DNA of 64,000 nucleotides, taken from contig NZ_JBNLBH010000019.1 of the NCBI RefSeq assembly GCF_050303215.1, forward strand, positions 64,001 to 128,000, written 5' to 3'. Positions 62,148 to 64,000 of this stretch are shown piece after piece. The notes below the pieces were generated by a model. The model was not told the origin of the DNA. It saw nothing but the letters and a program-made list of their open reading frames with translations, and did no database searches. The DNA is from Haliangium sp. Lineage in GTDB: Bacteria; Myxococcota_A; Polyangia; Haliangiales; Haliangiaceae. Made by a program: the position numbers and the translations under genes. The number at the start of each line of letters is the position of its first letter. Position 1 is the stretch's first letter.

Positions 62148-62159
62148 GCCGACCGCTCG

Positions 62160-63253
<1,094 letters not shown>

Positions 63254-63257
<4 letters not shown>

Positions 63258-64000
63258 GCTGAAGGCTCCTCGTGGGTGGGCGCCGGGCCCGGCTCGACGC
63301 CCATGGCCTGCCAGATGGCCTCGAGCGCGGCCGCGGCGCCGGCGCGGATACGATACTCGACGATGTCCGAGACTTGGGTCTGGCCGGGGTTGATCTCGAT
63401 CGTGGTACGACCGGCGCGGCGCGCCTCGATCACCGGCGCTGCAATATAGGGAAACACGCTGGTGGTACCGACCGAGAACACCATGTCGAAGCCGCGCGCG
63501 AGCTGAGTCTGCAACTCGGCCACGGCGTGGCCCGGCAGCATCTCGCCGAAGAACACTGCGTCGGGCCGAATCAGCGCGTCGCAGCGCGGGCACATCGGCG
63601 GCAGCGCCAGTCCACCGTAGTCCGCGACCTGGTCGCGCCAGTCGCACTTGGTACAAAGGAGCGTACGCAGGCGGCCGTGGATCTCGATGACGTTGCGCGA
63701 GCCGGCCTCGAAGTGGAAGCCGTCGATGTTCTGGGTGAGCACCCATACCCGCTGCAGGTGCCGCTCCAGCGCGGCCATGACCTCGTGAGCGCGATTGTAG
63801 CGGGCACCGCGGCAGGCCTCCTCGATGCGCATGACGTGACGCCAAGCGACCTCGGGCCGCGACTCGAGCATCATGCCTGACAGCGCCACCTCGATGGGGA
63901 TGCCCTCCTCGGTGTCTGCGTCGTTGTACAGGCCACCAATGCCGCGGTACGTGGGCAAGCCGGAGTCGGCCGAGACCCCAGCGCCAGTAATGAACAGGAC
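63254..64000 (-). CDS. NAD-dependent protein deacylase, Sir2/CobB family (5' end beyond the window)
   Basis: Sirtuin motifs are [23 protein letters not shown] and a Zn ribbon C..C...C..C (CTKCDWRD...[17 protein letters not shown]). The frame stays open to the window edge ([20 protein letters not shown]), so the gene is N-terminally truncated here. Confidence 0.85.

Overview
This is a high-GC (~70%) window that looks myxobacterial/deltaproteobacterial and is densely coding, with frequent 4-nt start/stop overlaps (GTGA/ATGA). Main content, in order:

- **1–2500:** a 3'-truncated IS3-family insertion sequence with an A7 slippery site, followed by a degenerate ~42-bp tandem-repeat array.
- **2600–8200:** an Rpn-like nuclease/transposase homologue, an ECF sigma factor, korAB (2-oxoglutarate:ferredoxin oxidoreductase), and tRNA-Arg(CCG).
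- **8200–11800:** an MshEN (GspE-N) domain protein translationally coupled to a large Ser/Thr kinase.
- **12400–20700:** tatB-tatC, a tandem-VanZ membrane protein, an acyl-CoA ligase preceded by three hairpin repeats, a lipoprotein, a low-GC M24-like gene, a VOC protein, and cysK.
- **Type IV pilus tip/minor-pilin cluster (21.8–28.6 kb):** pilX-like, a 1196-aa PilY1 with an FG-GAP propeller N-domain, and pilV/pilW/fimT-like genes.
- **Polysaccharide export locus (28.8–37.8 kb):** short periplasmic Wza-like lipoprotein, PHPT sugar transferase, an embedded RsbW/RsbV-type partner-switch pair, a GT4 glycosyltransferase, two PCP (Wzz/Wzc-like) proteins, a standalone BY-kinase-like ATPase, and a large OM beta-barrel.
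- **37.8–38.9 kb:** tRNA-Gly(CCC) and a LuxR regulator.
- **Minus-strand operon (38.9–53.8 kb):** pilM-N-O-P-Q, aroK/aroB fusion, Roadblock/LC7 (MglB-like), aroQ, accB, accC, and a 955-aa TPR protein. PilQ carries a ~650-aa coiled-coil repeat insertion.
- **53.9–60.8 kb:** an NtrC-like sigma-54 activator with a degenerate receiver, a VWA lipoprotein, and a pseudokinase-kinase-STAND NTPase fusion.
- **60.9–64.0 kb:** a Usp protein, a class-V aminotransferase, and a sirtuin truncated by the window edge.

The most notable hidden features are two apparent selenoprotein genes whose reading frames are split by in-frame TGA codons. Each TGA sits exactly at a catalytic UxxC position and is followed about 10–11 nt downstream by a SECIS-like hairpin. 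One is a DsbA-like thiol:disulfide oxidoreductase (20770–21600, minus strand). The other is a GrdB/PrdB-family selenoprotein-B-like protein (60884–61633, plus strand).
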